In this document: positions 59,834 to 64,000 of the stretch, piece by piece
How positions within the stretch are numbered: position 1 is the stretch's first letter
How the letters are laid out: each line of letters starts with the position of its first letter
Assembly: GCA_029953675.1 (NCBI GenBank)
Contig: JAMWBK010000003.1
Span: 186,001 to 250,000, forward strand
Length of the DNA: 64,000 nt
Origin: Rhodosorus marinus CCMP1338
Lineage: Eukaryota; Plantae; Rhodophyta
Direction: 5' to 3'
Translations under genes and position numbers: made by a program
Notes under the pieces: generated by a model
Database searches by the model: none
What the model was told of the DNA's origin: nothing
The model's input: only the letters and a program-made list of their open reading frames with translations

Positions 59834-62045
59834 ATGAAGTTGACAGAAGAAAATCAACAGGAGGCTACTGTTCTGCTGTCTGAGAAGTCCTCTATGTTCA
59901 AGGACTGCTCAGCGGCAAGCCTAGCGCTCATTGTATCGAAATTGGAGCTCTTTCAGTTCGCGAGAGGGGAGAAGGTAGGTTTCCAATGCGACGCAAGCCA
60001 TCCGGAAGGGATCCACAGTATTGAAACCTTCAATCTCCCTCCGTGTGTATATCTAACCTGTAAATCAGTTTTTGGAGCAAGGGGTTGCATCAGAGTACAT
60101 GTATCTTATGAGCGAGGGAGAGGTGCTTCGATATCGTGAGGAGTCTGGAGTAGAGCACCAGGTTGATATTTCACCCGGGGGCATTGAGCAAGCGCCGATA
60201 AAGGCCGCTTCGCCGAGTAGAACCTTGAAAAACAGCACAGTTGATTCATCGAGATCTTCCTCCGTCTCTACTCACCGAATTGTCGAACAGGTTGATCCGA
60301 ACCAGCACCTGGCCACGATCAATTCGATGCACTACTTGCGGGGGGATCCAGCCTACTCGTCGGCAGTTTGCACTTCCACCATTTGTAAAGCGTATGCGCT
60401 CAGCCAGAGTCAATTCATGGACACGCTGTCCACAAGACCTCCACTCGCAGCTGAAATCATCACATCACTACAGAAAGAGGTCCGCGAACAGAAAAACGCT
60501 CTTCGCACACCCTTTCTCGAACTGAAGAATCGCAAAGTACTGCGGCCCTCAACTTCTTCTCATCAAAGAATGACATAAGCGGTCTAAGACGTTTCTCCTG
60601 TGTTTTCGAAATCGCACGCAGGACATCAACATCCCTGCAGTTTCCGTCGCAGCGGCTATCGAATCGTACTATAGATCAGCGCTGAATGCTATGCTGAACG
60701 CGAGACTACTCGGCACAAAAGCCGCCTTCTTCCCTAACATGCACGTTCAGGTAAGCATAACCGTAGCCCCAGACCAAGGCCGCGCGTTCTCCTGTCATAG
60801 ATCAATGCAACGGCCATTCTACTGAGACTGTTGCAACTCTAAACATATGCTCGGAGAGTCGAGACCTCGCTTCTTATCAGTGTGTTAATGCCCCCGTCGA
60901 GCGAATGTCTAACCTTGGTTGATGTGACCTCACTCCTTTGGTAGGTACCCGCCCGTGTGGTATATATCAACGGATTCAAGGGCATGCGGGCCTTTTTGGA
61001 CAGGAACGTGAGACCGGAGGAATACACCCACCCTAATGTCATAAGATGTACCGCAGCGGTTGGGCCTGGTATCCTTATGAATCCCATTTCAAGCGTTTTG
61101 GAAGCATCCAATGCTGGTGAGTTAGATCGGCGCGTGTATGAACTGGTACCAGGGCACTCGTCCTGATAAAAGTAACGCTTCTCTTGCTCCCGGTCACAGG
61201 CCACAAGAATCCGGAAAGTATGAGCAAGCGATGGATGCGGGGGTTTGTACCGAGGGCCGTACGTGAGGTCATTTTTGGAATCGGCTTGAATCAGTTGTCT
61301 GACTGGTTCGAGGAACGTTGGACACCCTACTTGACTTCAAAATCCATGGCAAACGCCGTCGGCTCGCTATCGGCTGGTGTAATAGCTGGTTATTTGTCTC
61401 ATGTACCGCACAACCTGTCAGCGTACAAACTGATGGAACCACATAGAACGTACGGGGAGCACTTTCGGAGATTTATCGACGCTTCAGCTCCAGATCATAT
61501 CGTACCGAAGAGCTTACCTCCCAGGTACCTTGCCAAACCGCGCTCCAGTTGTTCTTCACTCGCATCCATATGACAGTCCCACTAATGAAACGCTTCTCGC
61601 GTGTGTGACTCGATGTTGTTTCAGACTCCGAAGCTACGCGAGAATGACTCTGGCAGTGCTATTTCCCCGTGGGTGCATGATTCGAACAACACAGATTGTC
61701 GGATCGTTTATGATTCTCAATGGTACTATCGGATACCTGGCGCGGCTGGATCAGGACAGAATCAATCGAGCTTTCGGAGAGGTAATTTTCTTTCTTCACC
61801 ATCATTTCTCATCGTTGACTTCCTGTTTACTAACGCTTTCCCTTCTTGTCTGGAACCGAAAAGAGCTCGAGCGTGCCAGTGGTGGAGTGAGGGAGCGGGG
61901 CTCGGGCGAAACCCTAAAACGGAGACTACAGATGAGACTGCGAGCATTTTTGAACGGAGCAGTGGTGGAAAAGCACCGCGTAGAGATGGACCCTGCAGCA
62001 AGCAGGAGCCGTTTTCCTTTTTGTCTGCTTGGCGTTGATACTTAA
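59834..62045 (+). CDS. Fusion of an N-terminal cyclic-nucleotide-binding-like domain and a divergent mitochondrial carrier (SLC25-like) domain; both termini uncertain
   Basis: cNMP-like MFKDC...FQFARGEK|FLEQGVASEYMYLMSEGEV. Carrier-like helices GPGILMNPISSVLEA, WMRGFVPRAVREVIFGIGLNQLSDW, GSLSAGVIAGYLSHVPHNLSAYKL and FPRGCMIRTTQIVGSFMILN. The exons join through GT-AG introns. Confidence 0.78.
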
Positions 62046-62212
62046 TCGTTACTAACTGTTAGATAGGAGTCGCACAGTGGTATTGCAACTTACTCAGAGA
62101 TTTATTTTGTTCAAACTGTACAACTGACGTCATCTTCTCGAGCACATCCGAGTGCTGATACAGTATATGCAATGGCTTAAATACGAACACGCCTAAGGTC
62201 TTTAACAATCGA

Positions 62213-64000
62213 TCAGTCCGCTGGAGAAGTCAACGGTCCCGGAGTCTCGATTGCGGCGTCCGAGACATCCTTCTGCTTGCTAAAGAGCGAGGATACCGCT
62301 TTCATGAGCCGGGAATAGGCCACAAGCAGCTGGAACGCATAAATACGGATGTGCATGTTTAGAGTTCTTGACCTGACCTGAAGCGTGGACATCCAGTCAC
62401 CCGGATCCAAGTTGGAAAGACCCTCCTCCTCTATCACTCGACTTATGGTCTCCGCCGTAATGGTCAACGTGTTCAGTGGGGCCCCTAGGGCACGGTCGAT
62501 GCTCCGAAGATTATCGTTTGTCTTCATAACAAGGAGAAGCTCCCTCGGCATGGACGATAGGAGTTCGCTGATCTCTGGAAAGTACTGTTCGACGTACCCC
62601 CTCAGCTCCTCACTGTTGTCCGTGCCGTGTTTCATCTCCAGCCTATCAAATGCAAGCTTGCTTTCCACCTCATTATCCACCCCAACGATCTGATTCCATG
62701 ATTTCAGCGTCAGCATCGCCGCCAGGAGGCGAAAAGATTCCCCATCCGCCCCAAGTCCGACCGCGCTCGACTGAACCTCTGATTCATTTCTAGTCATCAA
62801 ACCATGCCAAAGATGCGCATAATCTATCCTAAATCTGTCTCCGAGTTCTTTGTACAGGCCATGGTCAAGAAGAACCAGCTGTGGCTTGGTCGGCCTCTCA
62901 GGGTGTCTCCTGACAAGAATATTCCCCCCGTGAGGGTCACAGTGTAGAAACCCATGCTTGAAGATCTAGTCCATGAGAGCGCGCAACAAAAAACAGTGGG
63001 TTCGTGGTACCGTACGGTTCGTCTCAGATTTCTGGACGGAATGTCTCAGCTAGCGGTTAGAGAGGACAACTTACTTGATCCGCAAAAGTCCTGGAAATGA
63101 TCCTGGAGACGTCCTTTGGGTCCAATCCCATCCCCATGATCTTGTCAACCATCAAAATTTGGGTGCCTTCCTCGAAGCTCATCGTCAGAACACTGGACGT
63201 CGTCCAATCCCAGTGCACATCGGGCGTAACCATCTCAGTTGAATCTCCAAGGTTGCGCCTGCACCGTTCCAAGTTTTCACCTGTACGGGGCACATCCAAC
63301 GTTTGGCTTGTTCTTTGAGAAACCTCCTACTTAACACAACGGAGGGCTCGAAAGTCTGTCAACACCGCTTGTCGTGTCCAAACGGACATTTTCTCACCTT
63401 CAAGAACAAAATCGAGCTCTTTTGGAAGGTTTTCTGCGGTCTCCTCTGCTATCCACCGGAAGTCAAAGTTTGGGAAAAGGTGGTGCGCAAGACTGACCAG
63501 TGACGTTACAGTGAAGATATCAGCCTTCGACGACTCTTGCAGTCCTAAATGCTGAACTTTTACGGCTACTTTCTGATTGCTGTCCTTTCGAACTGCAGAA
63601 TGTACCTGTAGATGCAGCCGGATGTCCGTCTTTAAGATGCGCAGGAAAGGCAGTGGAAAAGGATCATGGACGTTGTTACACGTACTTGAGCCAACGACGC
63701 AACGGCGATTGGTTCTTCAGAGAACGAGCTGAAACAAGAGTCTATGTCTGAGCCAAATTCTCTCCTGAAAACTTCACGAATTTGACTGATTGACCTCGGC
63801 CGACAGGCAGCCAACAAGGAGGAGAGTGTACGGCAGTACTGCGCTGGGATGACATGATCTAGTTGAGCCAGATGCTGGCCAAATTTGATATAAAGACCGC
63901 CATTCTTCTCACAGAGCTCCAACAATCTCCTTGCACCTCGTTCGTGAGCTAAATTCCGCAATACGTCAGGATCCCCATCCCTATATCGGTTCAGTTTGTA
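62213..64000 (-). CDS. ABC1/UbiB atypical kinase (ADCK1/5-like), 5' end outside the window
   Basis: NGGLYIKFGQHL, PIAVASLAQV, VLTMSFEEG, HCDPHGGNILV and DHGLY. Confidence 0.93.

Overview
Eukaryotic nuclear DNA, gene-dense, with short GT-AG introns (mostly about 50-150 nt). Tab2 and UPM1 carry N-terminal M-x-(A/G)FV plastid-transit-like leaders with no signal peptide, which suggests a red alga (inference). Recognisable genes in order: SAPS/PP6 regulatory subunit (runs off the left end), NRAMP, MYST acetyltransferase, omega/lambda-type GST, P4-ATPase flippase, DUF1826-like protein, front-end (delta-5-like) desaturase, Rpn9, a DDIAS-like OB/Zn-ribbon protein, a cytochrome P450, CDK11/CDKG-like kinase, Tab2, TOR, YqgF, UPM1, a cNMP-domain/mitochondrial-carrier fusion, and an ABC1 kinase (runs off the right end). 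Two things stand out. (1) At 48.7-51.15 kb there is a nest of 5'-truncated 3' ends of a restriction-like-endonuclease (RLE) non-LTR retrotransposon, in both orientations, with AATAAA-CGG-(ATG/ATC)n tails. It includes one insertion with an 8-bp target-site duplication, a degenerate tRNA-Glu and a recent ~300-bp-arm inverted repeat; a solo copy lies at 37.4 kb. (2) At 59.8-62.0 kb a gene fuses a cyclic-nucleotide-binding-like domain to a divergent SLC25 carrier. Gene models were spliced by eye, so some boundaries are approximate, and family calls come from motif recognition, not database searches.
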